Positions 37,753 to 50,711 of a stretch of 64,000 nucleotides of DNA are shown piece by piece (the first letter of the stretch is position 1; every line of letters begins with the position of its first letter). Position numbers and translations under genes: made by a program. The stretch comes from Malacoraja senta (lineage: Eukaryota): positions 37,076,001 to 37,140,000 of the forward strand of contig CM075984.1 of NCBI GenBank assembly GCA_038087875.1. Direction: 5' to 3'. Under the pieces are notes generated by a model. It searched no databases, had not been told where the DNA came from, and saw nothing but the letters and a program-made list of their open reading frames with translations.

Positions 37753-38027
37753 AGGTGGACACAAAATGCTGGAGAATCTCAGCGGGACAGGCAGCATCTA
37801 TGGAGAGAAGGAATTGGCGACGTTTCGGGACGGGACCCTTCTTCAGACTGATGTCAGGGGAGGGGGGAGGACAAAGAAAGAATGTAGGCGGAGACAGTGG
37901 GACTAGTGGGAGAACTGGGAAGGTGGGGGGGGGTTGGGGAATGAAGAGAGAGAGCAAGGGCTACCTGAAGTTAGAGAAGTCAATGTTCATACCGCTAGGG
38001 TATAAACTACCCAAGCGAAATATGCAA
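37753..38027 (-). mobile_element. 5'-truncated PLE with hammerhead unit and 11-bp TSD
   Basis: ACTGAACCTTT at 37742-37752 and 38028-38038; encodes IFRLGSLYPSGMNIDFSNFR. Confidence 0.85.
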
Positions 38028-38643
38028 ACTGAACCTTTGCCTCTCTATCATGTGATTCGAAGATCCGAACCCCACTAACTCAGTCAGGCTGCTGTGAAAG
38101 CTTCCATATTTCCAGAGTACTGTTGCAATGAGGAAGGGTCAGAGGTTCGCAGGCATGTTTACGTCGATGTCTTTATGCAATCTGGTGCTGATGTATTGCA
38201 TCACTGTTGAAAAATGTTTGACCATTTTTCTTAACTTGTGATGGATCAAGTAAACATACATGGTTCTGATGGTATTTAAGTGATTTAAGAGCACTACTTG
38301 ATGTGGAGTCCTTGAAAGGCAAGCCTAACTGCTTCTGGCTTTGAAATCCCTGCTACTATGAAAATGGCCTGACCTTCCAACTAGGAAATTAAAATCGACC
38401 CACCGCCAACATCAAACAAGATTTTAATTGCTGCCTGTTTAAAGAAAAAGCCCCACAAACATGTTCAAGGAGTGCCAGGAAGCAAAGTTTACGTTATAAA
38501 ATTTCTTCAGGGGCTGTGTTTCCTGTTCAAAGCACATTTCAGTTTAAAAGAGGCAACGGCTGTGATTTAACATTTGGTAGGAATTCAATGTGGTGATACT
38601 GTCCACGATGTTAAAACTCTTGCCATCCGGAGCCTATCATTGC

Positions 38644-38941
38644 AGTTTAGTTTAGAGCTACCGCACGGAAACTAACTAGGCCCTTCAGCCCACAGAGCCC
38701 GCGCCGACCAGCGATCCCCGTACACCAGCACTGTCCTACACACTAGGGACAATTTACAATTTTTACTGAAGCCAATTAACCTACAGACCTGTCCGGCTTT
38801 GGAGTGTTGGAAGAAACCGGAGCACCCAGACGAAACCCACGCGGTGACAGGGAGAACGTACAAACTTTGTACAGACAGCACCCGTAGTCAGGATCGAATG
38901 GGGGTCTCTGGCGCTGTAAGGCGGCAGCTCTACCGCTGCGC
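38644..38941 (-). mobile_element. HE1-like V-SINE
   Basis: rc head, V domain and tail. Confidence 0.87.
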
Positions 38942-39529
38942 TTGTTAAAAATAAAATTTGAAAAATAACATCTTCAAAGGCTGTAAAAATAAAATTTAAA
39001 CGGACTTTTCAGTGAACAGACAGCATCTGAAAGCGAGTGGGTGGAGATTATAACAATAAAGCAGAACATCTCTGTTTGATTACAAAGACCGTGATCTAAT
39101 AACTGTTGTTTCTATTTTAAGTATAATTAACTCCTGGAAAAGCATCCCATGCTTGAGTCTATTTTATGATCTAAAATGTATCTCTTTGATGGCACTGTAC
39201 ATCATTTCAGTGTGTGCGGCTGTAGAGAATTTCAGCCAGCTCAGCACTGACCAAGAATCAAAACGGTGACCTTCCCGAGCAATTAGCACCAATTTGGTAG
39301 CGTAATAACACAGTGACCAACTGGGAAAGGTCCAGGCATTTGTGGTAAATTATCCTTGGCAAAAATACTATTAATATATTCATTGGGGTAACACTGTAGG
39401 CTGGGATTCCCAGGATTTGCATCTGAGTGCACAAACGTGGGTCACAGTTTGGAGGTGCCGTCAATTAGAGGATCTGACCTCCCTCATGAGTGATGTTGGG
39501 GCTCCCTAGGCACAATTCAAAGGCAAGCA

Positions 39530-39732
39530 CTTGATGTCCTAAGTGACCATCAAGACCAAAGGCGGGATTTATTGCTCATTCCTGTCATTGCTGCTTGTTG
39601 GCTCTTGATAAATGCAAAATGGCTGCTGTGTTTGCCTGTATGATGGGGAATGCAGTTCAGAAGTAATTAATTGCGTGTAAAGGGCATCTTAGCTGTTTTG
39701 GAGAGGCACAAGAAAAGTTTGTATTAATGTAG
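39530..39732 (+). mobile_element. Old DeuSINE 3' half
   Basis: CATTGCTGCTTGTTGG..AAATGGCTGCTGTGTTTGCCT..AAGTAATTAATTG..TGTAAAG resembles the AmnSINE1/SacSINE1 3' region. Confidence 0.6.
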
Positions 39733-41179
39733 GGTGAAATACCTGGTTTCAGCTGTCCAGAGCAGGATTTAAAGACTTCATAGAGGACAAAGAGATCTAA
39801 TGAAAACTCAATGCCTCATTTAGTCATGAGGATGGTTCCAAATGCTGATTTAGGATCAGTTGTTTGCAAGAATCGGAGCTGCGGGCATTTGTGTCAGATG
39901 GTTATCTGCGTGTTGGTCTGGAGAACAGTAGTCAGGGACTGAGCTGCAATAATGAAAACACAAAGGAATATTCAACAATGATAAAGTGTGCTTCGGGGCA
40001 CAGACGTCAATCCTCTAAAAGGGAAAACGGATTAGGTTTTTGTGCCGCGGACAGAGATGGTAAAGTTATTGTCGGAAGTAAGATAACGGAGCTGTGGCTG
40101 TCTGAGAGAGGATTATGATGCAGTGATCGGGAAAATGATTGGACTGCAGACCTGCAGAAAGACATATCAGATGTTGTATGTTCTGCCTGATTGGGACTTA
40201 CAGTAGGAATTATCCTGCAGCATCTCAGGGGAACGAGGGAAACTGTAGATGAGCGCAAGCTAGCCTGGGGGGAGGGGAGGGAGGCGGGTGGGCTTACGGT
40301 TATGCGGTATTAGTGTGTGCTCAAATGGATAATCGGCATTTTTGTTTCTAATTTCAGCAAGGTTGATATTTTCATACAGATCAGTGCGCTTCAGAATGTT
40401 CAGTGCACTGTCAAAACTAATGAAAATCTACACACTGAAATTTGTTTCAATATTAAATGGTCGGCAGTGGAAACAAATATGCACATGTTCCATCAGCCCT
40501 ATCAACACCATACGCCATTTAATGCTGCTATTTACAGGAGGTGAAAAGATTTGACATTTGTGTGGCTAATTTATAGTGGACTCAGTGGTATTGTGGACAA
40601 TGAGCTGTCTCTTAGCCACAGTGACCTGGATTTAATTCTGACCTCCGGGTGCTGCCTGTGGCGAGTTTCCATGTTCTCCCTGTGACCCAGGGTAGAATTT
40701 ACACGTTAAATGGTAGAGCCCTGGGACGTGTTGCAGAACAGAGAGACCTGGGGGTGCAGGTATATAGTTCCATGAACATGGTGACACAGCTGGACAGGGT
40801 GGATCATCTGCAGTTTTTTGTGTCTACAAGGTCCATTTTGTGGTGCTTTGCAAGGGATAAAAAAGGTGCCCTATAGATCAAGACTTCCAATTCTTACGTC
40901 ACGATAGGACTGGAGCAGCAGTCTCCATTCAAACTGCAGGTGGGAAAGTGAAAGTGATGATTAGTTGTTGTCAACCTGGAGGGTTGAACACACGAAGACT
41001 GAATGATGAACCTGAGGGGATCCATCAATTTTGAAATACAAAGGGAGCATAAATTAACGGAGAAACTGCTGGGAGTCTTGATTTTCACAATGAGGATTAA
41101 AGAGGAGGCAAGGTATAGAGCACACCATAATTGATGTTTAGAGGGAAGGAAGCCAAATAACTCTTGGCAATATTAATAT

Positions 41180-41476
41180 GTTTAGTTTATTTAGTTTGGA
41201 GATACGGCGCAGAAACAGGCCCACCGGGTCCGCGCCGACCAACAATTAACACTATCCTACGCACACTAGGGACAATTTTTACATTTACCAAGCCAATTCA
41301 CCTACATACCTGTACGTCTTTGGAGTGTGGGAGGAAACCGAAGATCTCGGAAAAAACCCACGCAGGTCATGGGGAGAACATACAAACTCCGTACAGACAG
41401 CACCCGTAGTAGGGATCGAACCGGGTCTCCGACGCTGCAAGTGCTGTAAGGCAGCAACTCTACTGCTGTGCTGCCC
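41180..41476 (-). mobile_element. HE1-like V-SINE
   Basis: rc head, V domain and tail. Confidence 0.87.
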
Positions 41477-43020
41477 ATTAAATATGACTATTAAAAATTT
41501 GTATGAAATAAAAATGGTGGTGTGGCTGAATGATTGTATTTGCCTCCTCTCATTTACTCATAATTCTTGATAGTGTTTCAAAGTTTGGGCCTTGTTTTCT
41601 TTGCTTTAGTCATTGTATAACCCTCTTGGATGGTTGCAATTTCTACCACAAGCCCTGTTGCACAGCTGCTGCAGTTTAGACTGCAACAAGTTTAGTTTAG
41701 TTCTTTGTTGCGTGGACAGTGAAAAGCTTTTGTTACGCGCTAACCAGTCAGCAGAAAGACAATACATGTTTGTCAACCAGCCATCCACATTGTTGGCGCA
41801 GGCATCTGCAACGTGAACTTTGTAATATTTTCATTCCGCCTTATTTTAGTTTTCTCTCGACGCTTCAAGAATCCATATCACAGGAATAAAAAAATCCCAT
41901 GTTTAAAAAAAAATTGTTTTGAAATGAAGGCTGTGCATTTCCATCTGGTGAAGTATTCACTGGAGTGTGGTCAGTTTTACAGTTTGCTAACATTGCATTC
42001 AACTATATTCTCATGTTCATAAGTCATAGGAGCAGAATTAGGCCATATGGCCCATCAAGTCTACTCCACCATTCAATTATGGCTGATCTATCTTTCCCTC
42101 TCAACCCCATTCTCCTGCCTTCTCCCCATAACCCTTGACACCCTGAGGATTCTCTGAGTATCAACGTGTTAATGTCCAGATTGCACGTGTTAATGTCCAG
42201 ATGCTGGAAAGAAGGAATTTGGCTGATGAAGTTGGATCTTGTAACACCATATCTTTGTGCAGCATGTGACTTAAGTTTCAATGAAAAATGAAGTGTAATG
42301 AAAAATGTGTTGGTTGCACGATCTTCAAGGTCCTCCATGGGTTGGGTAAGCTAAGGCTCAGAGGGGCCCAGTCATAGACAGTGGTGCACAGGTACATGTA
42401 GTGCAGGCCAGAACAATCTTGTCTTGCTGGCAAAATGTTTGAGAATGAAAAATTGATGCCGTGTTGAGAATATGTAAATATTCGGAGCAAATGCAATGAT
42501 GTGCTTGATGCAGTGAATGATGACAAATGAATGTTCTGTTTTATTTAATAGTAAATGTTATGACTAACACTTAGAATACTTAAGATAGGCACAAAATACA
42601 GGAGTAACTCAGCTGGTCAAGTAGCATAGAGTCATATAGTCGTACAGTGTGGAAACAGGCCCTTCGGACCAAATTGCCCACACCGGCCAACATGTTCCAG
42701 CTACACTAGTCCCACCTGCCCGTGTTTGGCCCACAAGCCACAAAACCTGTTCTGTCCATGTACAGGTGCATCCATGCATCGCTGGAGAAAATGGATAGGT
42801 TACATTTTGGGTCGGTACCCTTCTTATCAAAAATTAGCTTACACTATCTGCAGAGCCATACGTGCAAGGAAGGCTATTCAGAGTACTTGTGAGACCTGCT
42901 TTATTGTCATTTGAAGGGAACTGTGCTGTGGAGTAGATTCCAACCCAGGGCTTTGATCACACCCCAGGTCCCCCAAAGTAATTTACTTTCCTGACTCTGG
43001 CTTCTCCATCCAGCTAGTAG

Positions 43021-44669
43021 TAGCAATGTTACAAAATTTTGAGATTTTAAAAATCAAGTCTGTAATTTATCCCATCAGATAAAGCATAAAAAGAAGTTTA
43101 ATTTGACACCTAATTGACTTTCATATCTTCAGTATTAATAAAGTTATGGCCATTTTCATACTCGGAAATTAGCATCTTGTTCCCTATTGCTTTTCCATTG
43201 ACTTAACACAAAAGCTGTGATCGAGGACAGTCAAAAGCCCATAACTTCCTTAAAAATTAAGAGAACTGAAAGAAACTTTCAGTTATTATAGATTGAAGCA
43301 TTCTGAAACAAATATGAAACAATCTTACTTAGACGACATGAAATTAAAGCATATAATTAGTTAGTTACCTAATTGTAGCTAATTACAAAATTCAATTACT
43401 AGATCTAAACATCTATCAATTTCTTAAGAATAGATTAATATTTTTAAAAAGCCTAAAAGGCCTGTCTCACGAGTCTGCGGTCATTGGCGGCGAAACAGGA
43501 AGAATCTACCGCTCCTGGGCCGCCATAGACCGCGCATTCGTGAGAACGCACAATTCCGGGGCCGTGCGGCGTTGTTCCCAACACCGCACGGTGCTAAAAT
43601 AAAACCAACACTGCTCAAAAAGCTTTTCCTACCGCACAGCCTCCGCCAGTGAGGCACGAGTGCGGCACAGCCGCCGCCACAGCCGCCGCCAGTGAGGAAC
43701 GAGCGCCATGCGTCGAACTTGCATCGCCACAGCCTCCGCCAGTGAGGCACGACCGCCGCCACAGCCTCCGCCAGTGAGGCACGTGTGCGGCACGGCCGCC
43801 GCAACAGCGCCGCGATCAGGATGGCCGCCGCCACAGCCCCGCAGATCAAAAATGACGTCATCGCAGTCGGCCCGCCCTTTGTTTTAACTACCGCAAGCTC
43901 GTGGGACCCGCCGTATTTGAATCACTTGGCCCCCGCGCAGCACCCGTGCGGCGCTCCCGTGGCATAGGCTCGGCGCTCTCGCCGTTGCCGTGCGGTCCCC
44001 TCTACAGGCGAAGCCGTGCTTCCCTGCCGATGACCGCAAACACGTAAGACAGAGCCTTTAGTGTCCAAATAACATTCACACAAGAATTCACAATATAACA
44101 TAATATTTAAATCTCATTGTCATGGATTTATAGGCCAAATTGAAGGAATTTAATGTTTAATACCTGTAAATTAATGGCCAATGAAATCATCTTGCGAGTG
44201 GGTTTTTCTGGAACGCGATCATTTGGAACGTTGCGGTTGCGGTGAATTTAAACCCGTATCAGCATGAAAAATACTGCCGGTTCGTACGGGGGGAAAAATC
44301 ACCGTTTCGCAACTTAAAATGTGAATTAAAGGCATCTTAAGGAGCACTTTTATACATAAAATAAACGGCTTTCGTTTACCTGTCCCGTGCGTGAAATCCG
44401 TCCCCGTTGTCGGCGTTGACGGCTTTAGAAGCTGATTTTAAAATAACTCCAGCGCTGAACTTGTCGGGCGATTTTTAAAACAAAATACACAGAACGCCCG
44501 TCGGAACGATTCTTGAGCAAAAGCTTGCACTCCAACGAAATATAATCCAGGACAAGGTAGGAGAAACCCGTGTTTTAACCCTGCCCCCCCCCTCAAAGGC
44601 GCCAAAATCGCGCACACGGCCAGTGGCAGAATTGCAGCGCCGCTGAAGGTAAGTATTGTAACATACCTA
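43021..44669. mobile_element. Non-autonomous TIR DNA transposon (TAG..CTA ends, 7-bp TSD), copy 1, with nested MITE
   Basis: Ends TAGCAATGTTACAAAA..TATTGTAACATACCTA; CTAGTAG at 43014-43020 and 44670-44676; colinear with 52147-53148. Confidence 0.88.
43457..44057. mobile_element. PIF/Harbinger MITE, GC-rich
   Basis: TIR AAGGCCTGTCTCAC..GTAAGACAGAGCCT; TAA/TTA flanks; empty site GCCTAAGTGTCC visible in copy 2 (~52540). Confidence 0.85.
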
Positions 44670-45468
44670 CTAGTAGACCTCTTCATCTCCCTTCCTCCCC
44701 CTCAACCAAACACTATATTAACTACTGACCACTTTTCCCTTCTCCCAACTGCTCACTCACCATCCCTTAGTTACTGAGCCTGCTGGCAACTTTACCAGCA
44801 CTGCCCCCCAATCCTTCATCCTACCACTTGACCTTTCCTCTCCCTTGATGATTTCCCACACTCTCCACCTCTGTACCCCTCTCTTCCATTAGCCACTAGA
44901 TCCATCCCCAGTCTTGGACTTTCTCATTCCTGTATGCCTTCTGCCCCTCTACGCCCATTGCCCCTAAACACTTTCTGCCATTTACTATCACGATATATCC
45001 TTTGCTCTGACAGCACTCTGACAAAGACCCTTGAGCCATTACGCACGCTGTAGTAAAATGCAAGTTGTTGTCACTCACACATCAGGACCAGAACTTTGTT
45101 GCTTCAGATGAGGTAAGCAGTTGTATTTTTATGCTTGGGAGGTGTCCCATTCATAAATCATGGAGTTATAAACTGTTTTCATTTTTATTCTCCCTTGGCT
45201 TCAAAGTTTGAACATGGTGAAGCGATGATCCCTTCTCCATGTCCATTGATCCAGTGGGAAGGCAACAGTAATGATAGATTTTCTCTGTACCACAAACCAT
45301 GCAAAGCAATTTTGACAGTGTCCGTTTAAAAAACGTGTTATGGGTTGACTGGTGATGCATCCAGTGTGTAAGGAGACTTGAATCAGCTTGCTGTGGGCAG
45401 ATATCAGGAATCAAGTGTTTCTCCCCTCGTAAGTCTGGTTTTGGTGTTCATGTATGTATGCAGAAGGA

Positions 45469-45750
45469 GACAATAGACAATAGGTACAGGAGTAGGCCAT
45501 TCGGCCCTTCGAGCCAGCGCTGCCATTCACTGTGATCATGGCTGATCATCCACAATCAGTACCCCGTTCCTGCCTTCTCCCCATATCCCTTGGCCACGCT
45601 ATCTTTAGGAGCTCTATGTAACTCTCTCCTGAAAGCATCCAAAGAATTGGCCTCCACTGCCTTCGCTCTCATAGAATTCCACAGATTCACAACTCTGGGT
45701 GAAAAGGTTTTTTCCTCATCTCCGTTCTAAATGGCCTACCCCTTATTCTC
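45469..45750 (-). mobile_element. CR1 3' fragment
   Basis: rc of CR1 tail and C-terminus. Confidence 0.85.
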
Positions 45751-45832
45751 CTTATGAGAAACACAGGTGACGTTTCAGATTGAATACTCTTCAAGATCCA
45801 AGAGCGTTCAATTGTCTTATGTACCGACAACG

Positions 45833-46098
45833 GTGGCACGGTGGCGCAGCGGTAGAACTTGCTGCCTTACAGCGCCAGAGACCCAGGTTCGATCCTGTCT
45901 ACGGGTGCTTGTTTGTACGTGACCTGCGTGGGTTTTCTGCGGAAGCTCCAGTTTCCTCCCACAGTCCAAAGACGCACAAGTTTGTAGGCTAATTGGATTG
46001 GTATCATTGTAAATTTCCCCTAGTGTGTGTAGGATAGTGTTAGTGCAAGGGGATCGCTGGTTGGTGTGGACTCGATAGGCCTGTTCCTGCGCTGTACT
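45833..46098 (+). mobile_element. V-SINE
   Basis: A/B boxes and V domain. Confidence 0.85.
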
Positions 46099-46510
46099 AA
46101 TTCTTCATCATATTGGCTGCTTTGTTGTGGCAGCACTCTCCTTTAGATCCCTTTCATGGTGGTGAGGTCAGTACCTGTGTATCCCACTCTCTGTAATATC
46201 CTTTGTTCCTGGCCTTGCAGAAGTTGCAGAACCAGGCCGTAATGCAACCAGTCAGTATGCAGAGTACGACTTCAGTTGGTCAGTAACCAGACTGAAGAAG
46301 AGTCCTGACACAAAAAGTCACCCATCCTTTTTCTCCAGAGGTGCTGCCTGATCCGCTGATTTACTCCAGCACTTTGTGTGCCTATCTTTGGTATAAACCA
46401 GCATCTGCAGTTCTTTGTTTCTACGTGCATGCATTTTTAGTCGTTGATTTTGGTGGGAGGTTCACCGTACATGGCCATGTTTCAGCGCATGACAAACAGG
46501 TGAAATCTAA

Positions 46511-46875
46511 TAGACACAAAATGCTGGAGTAACTCAGCGGGACAGGCAGCAACTCTGGAGAGAAGGAATGGGTGACGTTTCTGGTCAAGACCCTTCTTCA
46601 GACTGTCAAGGGAGTGTCAAGGGAGTGGGCCGACAGAGATAAAATGTAGTCACACTAAGGCTGGTCAGAAAACTGCGAAGGGAGAGGGAATGGGGAGAGA
46701 GGGAAAGCAAGGGCTACTTGAAGTTAGTGAAGTCAATGTTCATACTGGGGTGTAAGCTGCCCAACCAAAATATGAGGTGCTGATACTTCAATTTGCGCTG
46801 GGCTTCACTCTGGCAATGGAGGAGGCCCAGGACAGAAAGGCCTATGTGGGAATGGGAGGGGGAGTTGAAGTAACA
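46511..46875 (-). mobile_element. PLE 3' fragment with GIY-YIG C-terminus and hammerhead unit
   Basis: FNSPSHSHIGLSVLGLLHCQSEAQRKL..HLIFWLGSLHP. Confidence 0.85.
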
Positions 46876-47539
46876 TCTAATCCTGGGCAAGGGATTCCAT
46901 GGTGGGTGCAAAAGAAAGCGGCAGGAAAAGTTGTGGCCAGCAGAAATGTTTGAATTTTGACATTTCCCATGCAGGCTTGAGTTTTGTGACAGGTTGACTT
47001 CCAGTTACACACAGTTAGGGGGCAGGAAGGATCCTGATCTCTGCCCGTAAAGTACAGCAGCGCTTGTGATTTTCAGTGCCTCCCTCTCAGGTTACCATTT
47101 TTTTTTTAAAGTTCAGGTTGGTCGTACATCTGTTAAGCATCCATCTCAATGACTGAAAACACTGAGCACCGTGAGTATTCTGTGTCCTTGGCTACTCGCA
47201 GATTTCACACTTGTCTCTACTCTGACAGCCATGGAAGCTGTTTCCTTTGCACCTTTAATAAATCCCACTTGAGCCACAGAAGCCCTTTGTTCCCCAGAAT
47301 GAAGCCTAATATCTTAATCTTCCATTTTATATCTGTGAGAAACTTGAGCCGGCAGTGGCTGGCATGCAGGGGGCCTGGAGCTTCTGGTGTAGATCTGTTT
47401 TTAAGTGCCTTGCCCTGGTAAGCAGTAAATTCTGTTTCCTGAACAAAAAAAATCAAAGTGCTGGAGGAACTCAGCGGGTCAGGCAGCATCTGTGGAGGGA
47501 AATGGACAAAGATTTGGGTCTAGGCCCTTTTTCAGTCTC

Positions 47540-47995
47540 ATAGTTCATAAGTTATAGGAGCAGAATTGGGCCATTCGGCTCATCAAGTCTATTCCACCAT
47601 CTAGTCACGGTGGCGCAGCGGTAGAGTTGTTGCCTTACAGCAAAATGCAGCACCGGAGACCTGGGTTCGATCCCAACTACGGGTGCTGTCTGTACGGAGT
47701 TTGTACGTTCGCCCCGTGATGTGCTTGGGTTTTCTCCGAGATCTTCGGTTTCCTCCCACATTCCAAAGACGTACATGTTTGTAGGTTAATTGGCTTGATT
47801 AAGTGGCTTGATAAATGTAAACATTTTCCAGTATAAAATTGTCCAACTTCCAGTATAGTCCCTGGTGGACTCTTCGTAAGGTACAAGGTAGTCTTGGATA
47901 ATCTATCTTTCCCTCTCAACCCCATTTTCCTGTCTTCCCCCCATAACCCCTGACACCCTCACTAATCAAGAATCTGTCAATCTCCGTCTCAAAAC
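47540..47995 (-). mobile_element. CR1 tail with a nested plus-strand V-SINE (~47604-47830)
   Basis: CR1 tail split at ..CCACCAT / ATCTATCTTTCCC; SINE head and V domain lie between. Confidence 0.75.
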
Positions 47996-49240
47996 ATTGA
48001 CTTGTCCACTTCCCTCCATAGATGTTGAATGACCCGCTGAGTTCTTCCAGCACTCAATATTCCACCATTTCTGTTTCCTTGACAGACTGAAGACAAAATA
48101 TACATTTACCTAAAAGTGCTGAATTGTAACTTGAAAAGCGAATAATAAAACCAGGTAGCTGCACCAATCTCATTTCCATAAGCCCCTGATGAATTTGTCA
48201 ATTATCCCCCTATATTGTCCACGTTGGTCTAGGTTCAAAACACAAAGTGCTGGAGGAACTCTGCGGGTCAGGCAGCATCTGTGGAGGTACATGGACGGTG
48301 ACGTTTCAGGTCCCAACTCTTCTTCATGACTGGATTAGAGTGAAATAGTCTGCTGGTGAGGAGGTGGCACAATGGAGCAGTGGCAGAGCTGCTGCATTAC
48401 AGCACCAGGGTCCCGGGGGCGATCGTTGGTTGGCGTGGACACGGTGGGCCAAAGAGTCTGTTTCTACGTGGTATCCTTAAAATATATATATAATTCTATG
48501 GCTAGTTACACGAGTTCCCATGAAAGAATATCCAGCCACCAGCTGTTATTTTTTATGATAAAGTGCTAGAGGAGTCCTTATTGTTCACAAATCTGTACCT
48601 TGTATAAGCAGAAGTTGTGAGAAAAGTATAAAGAACAGTACTGGCAGTTCTGTTAAATTTGCTTAAAAATAGAAAGAAGGTGCAGTTATTATAGCACCTT
48701 TCGAACTTCCAGTTCATTCTGAATTGATGCTTTCTTTGAAGCATGCTCCCTGTTGAAATATATAACTACCCTATGATAGTCAAGTTGCACGCATTCACCT
48801 TCTGGAGAAAGCAATGAGAAAAGAATGGTGTCTTACGTACTTCAAAGATGTTATTTGATGGTTAAATATCAATCCAGGCATTGTTGCTCAACTTCAGAAT
48901 ATTGGTTTACTGCTTTGTGCTATAGTATTACTGAAAGGTTGAACACGTACATTAACATTTCAGAAGACAAAGAAAAGCTTGAGTGTCTTATATTATGGTA
49001 TCATTGACTGCAGTTGAAGGGCATGAAGGTAGATTATTGATCCAGTCTTTTAGAATTGACCTAGGGGGCATTTTAATATAAAATGCCCTTCGATAATAGC
49101 TGTACCTGAGAGAGCTTGTTGCCTGAACCAGTCGGGAGTTATAACTGTAGAAAGCGTTGCCTTCCATGCCATCCTAGGATCGCACATCCTTTTTAAGCAA
49201 GCAATGGATGATGAAGGCTAGCTGGGAGATCTGTGAGTGG

Positions 49241-49371
49241 TCTGAAGAAGGGTCTCGACTTGAAACGTCACCCATTCCTTCGCTCCAGAGATGCTGCCTG
49301 CCCTGCTGAGTTACTCCAGCATTTTGTGTCTATCTTTGGTTTAAACCAGCATCTGCAGTTCCTTCATACAC
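49241..49371 (+). mobile_element. Solo 131-bp PLE hammerhead unit with perfect 14-bp TSD
   Basis: AGATCTGTGAGTGG at 49227-49240 and 49372-49385; hammerhead core 49242-49269. Confidence 0.9.
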
Positions 49372-50218
49372 AGATCTGTGAGTGGCATGAACCTAGCGTT
49401 ATGAGGCTGCCCGAATCTTATTTTGATCATTATAATTTTCACAGTTCAGCAGCTTCTCCTCATTGGGTGGTGGGTGCCCTGCTGAGATTCCACCGGGAGT
49501 CCAGCAGCAGTTTTGCTCAGTTGATGGCCTGTAATTTGTGGTGTGGAAGGATAATGTTTTCCTTTCTATTGCCTACTGGCAGAAAATAATGAAAATTGCT
49601 TCCTCGATGATTAATTTTTGAGGTAAGGCGAGGTGTTGTTTAAATCCATGCTATGATTTTTGTGATCTTGCATTCTTTCATGCATAATTTGCAGATGCTG
49701 GAAATCCGGAAAGAGGGAGTTAGCTTTTCAGGCCAAAGATCTTTGGTTAGGATGGACCTGTCACGGATGTGCTATTTCTCGCACTGAACCATACTCTCGT
49801 CACCTCACCATTTTATTTCTCCTTTTGCTGACCTGCTTCATTATCTGTTGTCACCTCTGCTACATCACCTGTCTCCATTGCTGCCTTGGCTTCTCTCGCT
49901 GTTCCAACTTCTCTAATGCTCATTTGCACAGTCTCCTGTCTTACACCTCCTGAAAACCTGGCCCCGTGCTTAAACTCTGCTGCATATCATATCTCATAGC
50001 TAGTTCACCCACCTACCACTCACCATCTTGCATTAGTTCACAATCTCATAATGATCAATTTAAATCTAAGCACGCTGTAAAATTGATAATGTTTAGATTG
50101 GAAATGTGGACATTAGCTTTGAAATGTGCTGATGAAATCCATTTATGTTAAAAACATTGGAATAAATCTGTATATTGAGTATTCTCTCAGGAGTTCAAAG
50201 AAGCTGTTCCAAAACATG

Positions 50219-50711
50219 TGTAGGAAGGAACTGCAGATGTGGGTTTATACCGAAGATAGACACGGAGTGCTGGAGTAACTCAGCGGGTCAGGCAGCATCT
50301 CCATTCAGCATAGAACGGAGACGAGGAAACACTTTTTCTCACAGAGAGTGGTGAGTCTGTGGAATTCTCTGCCTCAGAGGGCGGTGGAGGCAGGTTCTCT
50401 GGATGCTTTCAAGAGAGAGCTAGATAGGGCTCTTAAAAATAGCGGAGTCAGGGGATATGGGGAGAAGGCAGGAACGGGGTACTGATTGGGGATGATCAGC
50501 CATGATCACATTGAATGGCGGTGCTGGCTCGAAGGGCCAAATGGCCTTCTCCTGCACCTACTGTCTATTGTCTATTGTCTATTATCTCTGCAGAGAAAGG
50601 ATATAAGTGATGTTTCAGGAAGAAGGGTTCTGACCCGAAATGTCATTCATCCTTTTTCTCGAGAGATGCTGCATGACCCGCTGAGTTACTCCAGCACTTT
50701 GAGTCTATCTT
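50219..50711. mobile_element. Fold-back PLE pair (15-bp TSD) with a nested CR1 3' fragment (~50301-50582)
   Basis: CTGTTCCAAA(A/G)CATG at 50204-50218 and 50712-50726. Confidence 0.82.
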
